Assembly: GCA_964537395.1 (NCBI GenBank)
Contig: CAZIBN010000012.1
Coordinates: forward strand, 633 to 64,632
Reading direction: 5' to 3'
Length of the DNA stretch: 64,000 nucleotides
Origin: an uncultured Elusimicrobia bacterium
Lineage (GTDB): Bacteria; Elusimicrobiota; Elusimicrobia; UBA1565; UBA9628
Numbering within the stretch: the first letter of the stretch is position 1; every line of letters starts with the position of its first letter. The notes below the pieces were generated by a model. It had not been told where the DNA came from and did not search any database. It was given only the letters and a program-made list of their open reading frames with translations. This document shows positions 32,489 through 40,958 of this stretch, piece by piece. Both the position numbers and the translations under genes were made by a program.

Positions 32489-33336
32489 TCGACGCGATCC
32501 GGTTCTTCAGCCCCGGGCCCGGGCCGCGGGTCCTGCTGTTGGGCGGCGTGCATGGTGAGGAAAAGCCGGGCATCCTGGCGCTCGAGCGGCTCGTCGCGGA
32601 GTTCCAGTCCGGCCGCCTGTCCGTCGCGCGCGGACAGCTGACCATCGTTCCCCGGGTGAACCGCGAGGCCGTCGAGCGCGGCCTCCATTTCGTCGACGAG
32701 AACCTCAACCGCATCGTGCGCCCTCAGCCCGCGCCGGCCAATCATGAGCAAGGGCTCGCCGGCGAGTTGGCCGCGCTGATTGCCGCCCATGACGCGGTCC
32801 TCGATCTTCATGGCACGCAGGCGCCGACGGTCCCGTTCGCCTTCCTCGACGACGAGTCCGTGCCCGTGCGCGGCTGGGCCGAGGCGCTCGGCGCCGACTT
32901 CCTGCTCACCGGTTGGCCCGCGCTTTACGCCGGTTCGGACGCGCTCACGACGACCGGATTCGCCCAGAGCCTGGGCAAGCGCGCGCTGACGGTCGAGGCG
33001 GGTCAGAACGACGATCCCCAGGCGGCGGAGTTCGCGTTCGACGCGGCGCGGCGGGCGATCGCGCACTTCGGTCTGATCATCGGCACGCCGCGCCGGCCGA
33101 AGCCTAAAGCCCTGCGCCTGACGGCGGTCGTCCGGCGCGAGCGGGAAGGTCAGTTCGCCCGGCCTTGGAAGAACTTCGATCCTGTGAAGAAGGGCGAGGT
33201 CCTCGCCCGTTACGCCGACGGCGTCGAGCTGTCGGCTTCCGAGGATGGTTTCGTCGTCATGCCTTTTGCGGGCGCCGCGACGGGCGAAGAGTGGTATTAC
33301 CTCGCGGTCCCGATCTCGCTTCCCGATAACTACTGA
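32485..33336 (+). CDS. Succinylglutamate desuccinylase/aspartoacylase family (M14-like) hydrolase
   Basis: GGVHGEE, DENLNR, LDLHG, VEAGQ zinc-carboxypeptidase-type motifs. Confidence 0.85.
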   Translation: MIDAIRFFSPGPGPRVLLLGGVHGEEKPGILALERLVAEFQSGRLSVARGQLTIVPRVNREAVERGLHFVDENLNRIVRPQPAPANHEQGLAGELAALIAAHDAVLDLHGTQAPTVPFAFLDDESVPVRGWAEALGADFLLTGWPALYAGSDALTTTGFAQSLGKRALTVEAGQNDDPQAAEFAFDAARRAIAHFGLIIGTPRRPKPKALRLTAVVRREREGQFARPWKNFDPVKKGEVLARYADGVELSASEDGFVVMPFAGAATGEEWYYLAVPISLPDNY

Positions 33337-33403
33337 TAATCACTCGTTCCGGAACTAGTTGTTGTGCCGTTAAAGGCACGCCGGCATTGGCGTTATTGCG
33401 GAT
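33334..33403 (-). repeat. Copy A of a ~70-nt duplicated intergenic element
   Basis: 33334-33368 matches 37838-37872 at 30/35 nt (19-nt identical core TGATAATCACTCGTTCCGG). 33389-33403 matches 37892-37906 at 13/15. Confidence 0.8.
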
Positions 33404-33406
33404 CGA

Positions 33407-35821
33407 TCAAGGCCAGGGATGCCGCGGATACCGCCGCTGAAGCTCCTTCTTGACCGTCGGATAGGCGTTCGCCCAGAACGAGGCGAGGTCCTTGGTCTTC
33501 TGCACCGTCCTGTGGTTGGGCGCGAGTATGTCGAATGTCACGGGCAGGCGCCCCTCGCATAACGCGAGCGTTCCCGTCATCTTGGCGAAGTCGCCGAGGC
33601 GTGCGGCCAGCTCCGGCGGGTGCGTCTCGTGATAGGTGAATCGTCCGGTCCGGCCCGACGGCAGACGCTTGGTCGCGGGCAGCGTTCGGTCGAGGAAGCC
33701 CGCCAGCGCGGGCCCCAGATAGCTCTCGATGTGCGGCAATAGATTCACGCGCTCGATGTCCTTGAGCGTGTTTCGTCCCGCGCAAGCCTCGCCGTAGATC
33801 AGGCGCCAGTCGTCGGTGGTCATCTCAGGATAGCCCATGCCGGGATAGAGGCGGCGCGCCAAAGCGATGCGCACCACGAGCTGGCGCGCGCGGTCGTCAT
33901 AGCCCGGATGCTCAAGCTCGCCCGAGGCGAACTTCTCCGCCCAGAGGTCGGCCGCGACCTTGCGGTCGTTCTTGAGAGGCGCCGCTTCGCGGCGTGAGAT
34001 GACGAGGCCTCGAAACAGAAGCCGGTCTTCTTTGATGACCCGATTTTTTCGTTCGTCGAATTCGGCGGACGGCGTCCAGACGCACTCGCCGGGAAAGGCC
34101 AGATCGATCGCCTCCGGAGTGAACGGCAAATAGAGATTGATCCCGACCTGCCGCGCCTGCCCGCCTCCGGCGCGCTCGCGGACATCCAAAGCGAGGAGAA
34201 GGGGCGGCGGGTCCTTCACGGCGGGAAGCAAGGCGCCGCGTCCGTCGCACAAACGATAGAAGGTTCCCTCGCCTTCACGCGCGGCCAAGCGGTCCATGAA
34301 TGACGCCAGCCACACGAACGACAACGCGTCGGCCGAGGAGGCGGCCACAGGGCCGTCCGCCTCCTTTCCGAGGCGTTTGAATTGGCGGAACACCTCGGAC
34401 GCCTCCCACGACACGTCCTCGCGCGAGCCGGCGAGAAGATCCGTGGCCAGCGCCGACAGATCGGCCGCCTGGCCCGGGCGCAGGTCGCTCGCGGTCTCGA
34501 AGACGGCGGCCATGGCGCAGGCGCGCTCGTACGCCTCGGGACCGAGCGCGAGCGCCTCTTCGAGAACGGCAGCCACGCGAGGCGGGGCGGGGTAGCGCAG
34601 AAGCGCGCGGCCTCTCGCCGTGACGCGCTCCTTCTCGTCCAACGCCTTGAGCGATGCGAGGGATCTCCCCGCGCCGTCCCAGGCGTCCGTCTTCGGCGGC
34701 GTGACCCAGTCCACGGCCGCGGGCAAGGACGCGGCCTGGAGCCGCAGCGAGCTGAGCTCCAGACGCAGGATCTCGGGCACGAGGCTCGGGGCCATGCCCG
34801 TCTCATCCGACCTCGACCACAGGCGCACGCACCGGCCCGGCGCCGTGCGCCCGGCGCGGCCCGCGCGCTGGGCCGCGTTGCTGCGGCTGATCCTCGTCAG
34901 ATATAAAGTGTTGATGCCGCGGGCCGCATCGTAGGCCGCCACGCGGTGCAGGCCGCTGTCGATGACCATCGTGACCTGCGGGATGGTCAGGCCTGTCTCC
35001 GCGACGTTGGTCGCGACGATGACGCGCCGGCGGGGGGACTCGTCCAGCACGCTTTGCTGCTCGGCGAGCTCCATGCTCCCATGAAGCGCGTGCAGCTCGA
35101 GGTCCTGCTCGCGGCAATAGGGCGTGAGCACGGTCATCGCGCGCCGGATCTCCCTCAAACCCGGCATGAATATCAGAACGGAACCGTCGAGGCCCTCGCG
35201 AGCCAGGTCCTTCAGGGCCGCCAAGGCGCCCTCGGCCGGGCCGCCGCGCGAATCGAGCGGGTGATGGCGTATGTCCACCGGGAACATCCGCCCCGGGACC
35301 GACACCGTCGCCGCCTCGGGCAGGTAGCGAGACAGCGCCTCGGCCTCGAGCGTCGCCGACATGACCGCGATACGCAGGTCTTGCCGTTTCCCTTTGCGCA
35401 GGGCCTTCAGCCAGGCGAGCGCGAGGTCGCACTCCAGGCTGCGTTCGTGGAATTCGTCAAGAAGCACCACGCCCACGCCCTTTAGCTCGGGATCTTTCAT
35501 CATCTGGGCGATGAAGACGCCGTAGGTCTGGAACACGATCTTGGTCTCTGCCCCGCAACGGCTATCAAAGCGGACCTGATAGCCGACCGTCGTTCCCAGC
35601 GGGGTGTGCATCTCCACGGCCACGCGTCCCGCGAGGCTGCGCGCGGACAGCCGTCTCGGCTCGAGCACCAATATCTTCCCGGGGAATTTTCCCAGAAGAT
35701 ATTGAGGGGTCTGCGTGGATTTGCCGCTGCCGGTCGGCGCCGTCAGGATCAGGCTCCCCGCGCGGCTGATCTCCGATACGATCTTATCGCGGAACGCCGC
35801 GATCGGCAGGGGCTGGCTCAC
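33407..35821 (-). CDS. hrpB: ATP-dependent RNA helicase HrpB
   Basis: TGSGKST, DEFHERS, SAT, ATNVAETGLTIP, QRAGRAGR, and a C-terminal LAPNHRTVQ.TKDL..FW...Y..VKKEL.RRYPRHPWP. Confidence 0.95.
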   Translation of the reverse strand: MSQPLPIAAFRDKIVSEISRAGSLILTAPTGSGKSTQTPQYLLGKFPGKILVLEPRRLSARSLAGRVAVEMHTPLGTTVGYQVRFDSRCGAETKIVFQTYGVFIAQMMKDPELKGVGVVLLDEFHERSLECDLALAWLKALRKGKRQDLRIAVMSATLEAEALSRYLPEAATVSVPGRMFPVDIRHHPLDSRGGPAEGALAALKDLAREGLDGSVLIFMPGLREIRRAMTVLTPYCREQDLELHALHGSMELAEQQSVLDESPRRRVIVATNVAETGLTIPQVTMVIDSGLHRVAAYDAARGINTLYLTRISRSNAAQRAGRAGRTAPGRCVRLWSRSDETGMAPSLVPEILRLELSSLRLQAASLPAAVDWVTPPKTDAWDGAGRSLASLKALDEKERVTARGRALLRYPAPPRVAAVLEEALALGPEAYERACAMAAVFETASDLRPGQAADLSALATDLLAGSREDVSWEASEVFRQFKRLGKEADGPVAASSADALSFVWLASFMDRLAAREGEGTFYRLCDGRGALLPAVKDPPPLLLALDVRERAGGGQARQVGINLYLPFTPEAIDLAFPGECVWTPSAEFDERKNRVIKEDRLLFRGLVISRREAAPLKNDRKVAADLWAEKFASGELEHPGYDDRARQLVVRIALARRLYPGMGYPEMTTDDWRLIYGEACAGRNTLKDIERVNLLPHIESYLGPALAGFLDRTLPATKRLPSGRTGRFTYHETHPPELAARLGDFAKMTGTLALCEGRLPVTFDILAPNHRTVQKTKDLASFWANAYPTVKKELQRRYPRHPWP

Positions 35822-35892
35822 CGATACAGTTTAGCTAACTGCCTGCCGTCTTCCATTTGGAAACAGCATCTTGGATATGATAAACCGAGGTC

Positions 35893-36486
35893 ATGATCAC
35901 GATCCTTCTTGCCATGCTCCTTTCGGTGCCTGCGGCCGCCTCTTTAACAGTTGAGAGCCCGGAGGTCTGGCGCCAGGCTCAGGATTTGCTGCGGCCTCTC
36001 GCCTCGACGGTCGACTTGCGCGCGCGCTACACGCCCGGCGGCTCATTCTTCAACGTGGATGATGCCGGCCTCGGGATCCATCTATCGGGCCAGCCCGCGA
36101 CCAACGGGATCGTGAGATTCAGCGGCCGGGCGGGCGCGGCGCTGTCGTTCGAGGCGCGGCCGCTCACTGATACGCGGCCGCTGTACGGCTACCGATTCGT
36201 TTCCCGGACGATCTCCGCGCGCGTCGTCCGCTTCGGCAACGGCCTTCTGATCGACGGCCAGGCCGGCGGCCGGCCGTTCAATCTGACGCTCGAGCGGGCG
36301 TTCATGCCGGACACCTACGACATCGTCGGCCGCGACGGCACACGGCTCAAGGCCTGGATCACGCCCTCTTACGCCAGCCTGAGCGGGAGCTTCGTTCCCG
36401 AGAAGATGACCCCGGAAGGGCTGTCCGTGCTGGGGGCTGGGATCGCTTTGATGTTCTCTGAAGAGCGGAGCTTCCCCGCGCGCTGA
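35893..36486 (+). CDS. Hypothetical exported beta-rich protein
   Basis: Signal peptide (MITILLAMLLSVPAAA), 197 aa, no recognised motif. Confidence 0.7.
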   Translation: MITILLAMLLSVPAAASLTVESPEVWRQAQDLLRPLASTVDLRARYTPGGSFFNVDDAGLGIHLSGQPATNGIVRFSGRAGAALSFEARPLTDTRPLYGYRFVSRTISARVVRFGNGLLIDGQAGGRPFNLTLERAFMPDTYDIVGRDGTRLKAWITPSYASLSGSFVPEKMTPEGLSVLGAGIALMFSEERSFPAR

Positions 36487-36492
36487 GCTCCG

Positions 36493-37803
36493 TTACTTCA
36501 GCTTCCATCTCCGCCGCGTTGCACCGGCAAGCGCGGCGGCGCGCGGGGAATCCAGCCGCTCCAGCAATTGCACGGCGTCGCTCACCTGATAAGGGCTCTC
36601 CAGCGCCGGGCCGAGCAAAGGTATCAGGGTCGCGCCTGTCCTGTCGAGGCGGACCAGCGCCTCGCCGGAGGCCTGCTTGAGCGCCACGTCGCTCTGCCCC
36701 AGGTAGTCGGCGAGCATCAGCGGCGCGGCCTCGGCCGGCGGCGCGCCGATCTTGACCAGCGCTCCGTACGCGGCCATGCGCAGGTGAGGATAGGACATCT
36801 TCCCTTTTATGATTTTAATCAGGCCGGGCATGGCCGCCTTCGCTTCGGGGCCGCGCCGGCCCACGGCCTCGATCGCATGAGCGACCAGCCCGATGTCCTC
36901 CGAGCCCAGGGCGCGCGTCTCGTCGGCGAGCGCTCCGGAGCCGGGCTCGATGGCGGACAGCGCCGTCATCGCGGCTTTGTAGCCGGTGGAATCATGGCGC
37001 TTCTCGAAGGCCGCAAGCAGGGCGCGTACTCGCGGCGCGGCCGAGGCGGCGGCCGGTCCGATCGCGGCGATGACGGCCAAGCTGTCGTGGCTCTCGCCGC
37101 GTCCCGGGCCAAGTTCCGCGAGCTTGAGCAGGGCCGGCAGCGCCGCGCCAGCCTTCGGCCCCATCGCCCTGAGAAAGCTCAGCACCGCATCCCTGTGCAC
37201 GCCGCGGCGCTCGTCGCCGAGGATCGCCGCCGCGGCGGGCACGGCAGCATCCGCGCCTATCGCCGTGAGGGCATTCAGGTAGGGCCCGGCCAGATCTTCA
37301 TAGCCGAGCATGTCGTGCTTCGCCTGGTCGAACATCGACCAGTAAGCCTCGTTCTCCTGCAGCGCCTTGATGAGGGCCGGGACGGCCGCCTTGGCCTGAG
37401 GGCCAAGCGTCAGCGCGCCCTGCGCGGCTAGACCCCGAAGCCCGGCCACTGGGGCGGAGAGGCCCTCGATGACTCCCGCGACCGAGGTGGGTGCCGTTGC
37501 CGCCCCCGGCCGGCAGGCGCCTCCGCTTCCGGGCTTGCTCGTGCATTTTCCTGAGAGGCAGGAGGCGGCGGACGCCGGGGCCTCGCTGCCGCGCTCGCAA
37601 TTGGCGGCCATGGCCAGGCGCCGATACTGCTCCCGTGCCGCCGTGCCGTACTTCGCGTTGACGAACACCCAGCCGCCGCACTCGCCGCGCACGCCGCAGC
37701 AGTCGCTGTCGCGGACGCAGGCCGTCAGGCGGGCGGGCAATTCTCCGAATGCGGCGGCGGAGCCCGTCCACAACAGCGGTATCATCGCGATCAAGAGTTT
37801 CAT
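36493..37803 (-). CDS. Exported HEAT/PBS-lyase-like repeat protein with Cys-rich N-terminal module
   Basis: Signal peptide; CVRDSDCCGVRGEC...C...C...C...C module; repeated LGP.AK.AVPAL / AIGP.A..A helical repeats. Confidence 0.75.
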   Translation of the reverse strand: MKLLIAMIPLLWTGSAAAFGELPARLTACVRDSDCCGVRGECGGWVFVNAKYGTAAREQYRRLAMAANCERGSEAPASAASCLSGKCTSKPGSGGACRPGAATAPTSVAGVIEGLSAPVAGLRGLAAQGALTLGPQAKAAVPALIKALQENEAYWSMFDQAKHDMLGYEDLAGPYLNALTAIGADAAVPAAAAILGDERRGVHRDAVLSFLRAMGPKAGAALPALLKLAELGPGRGESHDSLAVIAAIGPAAASAAPRVRALLAAFEKRHDSTGYKAAMTALSAIEPGSGALADETRALGSEDIGLVAHAIEAVGRRGPEAKAAMPGLIKIIKGKMSYPHLRMAAYGALVKIGAPPAEAAPLMLADYLGQSDVALKQASGEALVRLDRTGATLIPLLGPALESPYQVSDAVQLLERLDSPRAAALAGATRRRWKLK

Positions 37804-37837
37804 GTTCGTGCAGTTTCAGCCGCTGATCTATTACTGA

Positions 37838-37906
37838 TGATAATCACTCGTTCCGGTGCTAGTTCGGGTGCCTTATTCGACACATTAAACAGCCGTTACT
37901 GCGGAT
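37838..37906 (-). repeat. Copy B of the ~70-nt duplicated element, in the 5' leader of the HEAT-repeat gene
   Basis: See copy A. Its end overlaps a minus-strand TATAAT (37905-37910). Confidence 0.8.
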
Positions 37907-37995
37907 TATAGAGGGAAAATAGGGGCTTGGCTATGGGGAAAGGATCAGCCATCCCTTCATGCGATCGAGGGGGCGAATAGGTGCACGCCCGGGCG

Positions 37996-38024
37996 TTGAT
38001 TTAACGGCTTACGACTGTTACCCT
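37996..38024 (+). promoter_or_regulatory. Sigma70-type promoter of the HNH-nnrD-tsaE operon
   Basis: TTGATT, 17 nt, TG-n-TACCCT; ATG at 38033. Confidence 0.55.
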
Positions 38025-38032
38025 ATCGGGAT

Positions 38033-38611
38033 ATGGGCCGCACCCTCGTATTAAACCGAAGCTTCCGGGCCGTCGCCGTCGCCGATTGGCGGCGGGCGAT
38101 TACGCTCGTGTATATGGGGCTGGCCGAGGCGCTCGACGAGGACCTGACGCCCTACGATTTCGAGGCCTGGGTCGCGGCGTCGTCCAACTGGGTGGAGCTG
38201 CCCGGGGGCTTCGTGCAGTCGCCGACGATGCGCTTCGCTTTGCCCGAGGTGATCCGGCTCGTGCGCTACGACCGCATCCCGCACCGCGAGGTCGCGTTCA
38301 CCCGGCACAACGTTTTCGCGCGCGACCGCTACAAGTGCTCGTACTGCGGCAAGCGCAAGGCGACCGACGAGCTCGATCTTGATCATGTCATTCCACGTTC
38401 CCGAGATGGCGCCAACGAGTGGACGAACGTCGTCACCTCCTGCCGGCCGTGCAATCTGAAGAAGGCCGACCGCCTGCCGGATGAGGCGGGGATGCCGCTG
38501 AAGAAGCAGCCGGTGCGGCCGCGCTGGACCTTGCTCGGGAGCCTGGTGCCGCACCCGCGCGCGAACATCCCCGAGAGCTGGAAGAAGCTGCTCGCGCAAG
38601 ATCCCCGGTGA
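38033..38611 (+). CDS. HNH endonuclease (McrA-like family)
   Basis: LVLN...RRA, RD..KCSYCG, DLDHVIPRS, WTNVVTSCRPCNLKK. Confidence 0.92.
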   Translation: MGRTLVLNRSFRAVAVADWRRAITLVYMGLAEALDEDLTPYDFEAWVAASSNWVELPGGFVQSPTMRFALPEVIRLVRYDRIPHREVAFTRHNVFARDRYKCSYCGKRKATDELDLDHVIPRSRDGANEWTNVVTSCRPCNLKKADRLPDEAGMPLKKQPVRPRWTLLGSLVPHPRANIPESWKKLLAQDPR

Positions 38612-39528
38612 GCGTCAAGGCCCTGGGGAAGGCGGAGTTGAGAGAGGGCCTCGTCGCGCGCGAGCCCGACGACCATAAGGGCATCTTCGGGCACGTTCTC
38701 GTCGTGGCCGGGTCGCGCGGCATGGCGGGCGCGGCGATCCTGACGGCGCGCGGCGCCCTGCGTTCTGGCGCGGGCCTCGTGACGGTCGCGGTCCCGGCGG
38801 GCATCGCCGGGACGGTGGCGGGCGCGGTGCCCTCGGCGATGACCTTGGCTTTGCCGGAGAACACCGCCGGCGTCTTTCGGCCGGAAGGCGTGGACCGTCT
38901 TAAGGAGTACGCCAAGGAGCGGCGCGTCGTGACGATGGCCATCGGCCCCGGCATGACGACGCACGCGGACGCGGCGCGCTTCGTGCTGCTGGCGCTGTCG
39001 GGCGTGCCGGCCGCGGCCGTGGTGGACGCTGACGCGCTGAATAATCTGGCGCAGCAGGAGAGCGAGGGCGTCGTGCAGATGCTCAAGGCGCGCAAGCAGC
39101 CCTGCATCTTCACGCCGCACCCGGCGGAAGCTGCGCGTCTTCTGGGTATGAAGAAGAGCGAGGTGTCGGCGCAGAGGCTGAAGTGCGTGGAGAAGCTCGC
39201 GCGCAGCCTTGGAGGCGTCGCTTTGCTCAAGGGGCATAAGACCCTGATCTCCTCGGGAGCGCGGACGGTCTCTAATCCGACGGGCGGGCCAAGCCTCGGC
39301 AAGGGCGGATCCGGGGACGTGCTGACCGGTCTGATCGCCGGGCTTTGGGCGCAGATGCTCGCCTCCAGCCGGGTTTCAGGAGACCTTTCTTTCAAAGCGG
39401 CGGCCCTCGGCGCCTGGCTACATGGCGCCGCCGGCGACGCGGCGGAGAAGGACCTGACCACCTGGGCGGTGACGTCGACCGATCTCGCGGACTACCTGCC
39501 GCACGCGTTCAAAGCCCTGTGCGTTTAA
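38608..39528 (+). CDS. nnrD: ADP-dependent NAD(P)H-hydrate dehydratase (stand-alone YjeF C-terminal domain)
   Basis: HKGIFGHVLVVAGS, GAGLV, VDADAL, TPHPAEAARL, GGSGDVLTG. Confidence 0.9.
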   Translation: MSVKALGKAELREGLVAREPDDHKGIFGHVLVVAGSRGMAGAAILTARGALRSGAGLVTVAVPAGIAGTVAGAVPSAMTLALPENTAGVFRPEGVDRLKEYAKERRVVTMAIGPGMTTHADAARFVLLALSGVPAAAVVDADALNNLAQQESEGVVQMLKARKQPCIFTPHPAEAARLLGMKKSEVSAQRLKCVEKLARSLGGVALLKGHKTLISSGARTVSNPTGGPSLGKGGSGDVLTGLIAGLWAQMLASSRVSGDLSFKAAALGAWLHGAAGDAAEKDLTTWAVTSTDLADYLPHAFKALCV

Positions 39529-39968
39529 GGCTATCTTCGGAAGAAGAGACGATCGCGCTCGGCGAGCGTCTGGGCCGTAAGCTCAAGCCCGGGGCGGTCG
39601 TGCTCCTGCGCGGAGAATTGGGCGCGGGGAAGACGACGCTCGCCCGCGGCCTCGCTCGCGGCGCAGGGTATCGTGGACGCGTGTCGAGCCCGACCTTCGC
39701 GCTCGCGCATGTGTACCGGTGCAAAAAAATAACGATTCATCATCTCGATCTTTACCGGATCGCCGAAGGCGAAGACGGTGAATTGGGCCTCGAAGAGTTG
39801 CTCGCCGACCCGCGCGGAGCGGTGATCGTGGAATGGCCCGCCGCCGCCGGCGGACGCTGGCCGAAGGACCGCCTCGAGGTCTTCTTGTCGCATGTGCGCG
39901 GCGGACGGCGCGCCGCGCTGAAAGCCGCGGGCCCCGCGTCCCGAAAAATCCTAGAATCGTTCGAATGA
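39519..39968 (+). CDS. tsaE: tRNA threonylcarbamoyladenosine biosynthesis ATPase
   Basis: GELGAGKTT, VSSPTF, HLDLYR, IVEW. GTG start 39519. Confidence 0.93.
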   Translation: MRLRLSSEEETIALGERLGRKLKPGAVVLLRGELGAGKTTLARGLARGAGYRGRVSSPTFALAHVYRCKKITIHHLDLYRIAEGEDGELGLEELLADPRGAVIVEWPAAAGGRWPKDRLEVFLSHVRGGRRAALKAAGPASRKILESFE

Positions 39969-40537
39969 ACATCCTCGCCGTGGACGCCACGGGCGAAGTC
40001 CTGTCCGTCGCCCTCGGGAAGCATGAGCTCAAGCGTGCGGCCAAGAAGCATGACGAGGCGCTTCTCGCTCTCATCGAGCGGCTGCTGAAAAAAGCCAAGC
40101 TTAAGTGGTCCGATCTCGACGCAATCGCCGCCGCCTCGGGCCCGGGGCGATTCACCGGCATCCGCATCGGCATGTCGTTCGCCGCCGCCGCCGGGTTTCA
40201 GCTGAAGATCCCCGCGCTCGCGATCAGCCGGCTGGCGGCCGCGGCGGGAAGATCGAAGGCGAAGCGGGTGCTGGGCGCGCTGCCGGGCTGGAAGGACGAG
40301 GTCTACTCCCAGGAGTACCTGTCGGGAAAGGCCCGGGGCAAGGCGATCTGGACCGCGCCGCAGGACTGGCCGGCGGTGCGCGCCGCGGCCGAGAAGGACG
40401 GGCTCACGGTTTCTCATGGGGACACCTCCGCCGCCGATCTTCTTCCCGTCGCGCGGGCCATGCTCGCCGCGAAAAAGATCCCGCCGTTCAAGCCGTTCTA
40501 CCTGAAGCCGGCGAGCTATGAAAGACCACGCGGTTAG
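39965..40537 (+). CDS. tsaB: tRNA threonylcarbamoyladenosine biosynthesis protein TsaB
   Basis: MNILAVDAT, H.E.LL..I, GPGRFTGIRIG. ATG 39965 overlaps the tsaE stop. Confidence 0.9.
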   Translation: MNILAVDATGEVLSVALGKHELKRAAKKHDEALLALIERLLKKAKLKWSDLDAIAAASGPGRFTGIRIGMSFAAAAGFQLKIPALAISRLAAAAGRSKAKRVLGALPGWKDEVYSQEYLSGKARGKAIWTAPQDWPAVRAAAEKDGLTVSHGDTSAADLLPVARAMLAAKKIPPFKPFYLKPASYERPRG

Positions 40538-40958
40538 GGCCGCGGAAGCGGACGATATCGAGGCGATCGCGGCGCTCGCCCAGTCCCGGCCGTACACTGC
40601 GAAGTGGCCGGCGCGCGAGCTCGCCTACGAGCTGGCGCGCCTGGATTCCCTGTTCCTCGTCGCCGGCGACGGCGGCGCGGTGCGCGGCTACGCGCTCGCG
40701 CGCGTCGCCGAGCGTGACTGCCAATTGCTCGATCTCGCGGCGGCGTCCGACGGCGGCGGCTGCGGCCGCGCGCTGATGGCGGCGCTGATGAGCGCGGCGA
40801 AGTCGCGGACCTGCGTGAAGGTCACCCTCGAGGTGTCGGCGGCCAACGAGCGCGCGCTCGCCTTCTACGCGAAGGCCGGGGCGAGGGTTGTCGGACGAAG
40901 GCCGAAGTTCTACTATGATGGCTCGGACGCCGTGCTGATGGATCTCGACATCCCTTGA
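40518..40958 (+). CDS. rimI: RimI-like GNAT acetyltransferase
   Basis: GGGCGRALM, LEVSAANERALAFY, RPKFYYDGSDAVLM; follows tsaB. Confidence 0.75.
   Translation: MKDHAVRAAEADDIEAIAALAQSRPYTAKWPARELAYELARLDSLFLVAGDGGAVRGYALARVAERDCQLLDLAAASDGGGCGRALMAALMSAAKSRTCVKVTLEVSAANERALAFYAKAGARVVGRRPKFYYDGSDAVLMDLDIP

Noticed and set aside
37835-37860. CTGATGA as a hammerhead ribozyme core
   Set aside because: No stem II followed by GAAA at the required position.
38033-38611. HNH gene as a homing or mobile element
   Set aside because: It is a stand-alone McrA-like family gene with host-like codons, coupled to nnrD, with no intron, intein or flanking repeats.
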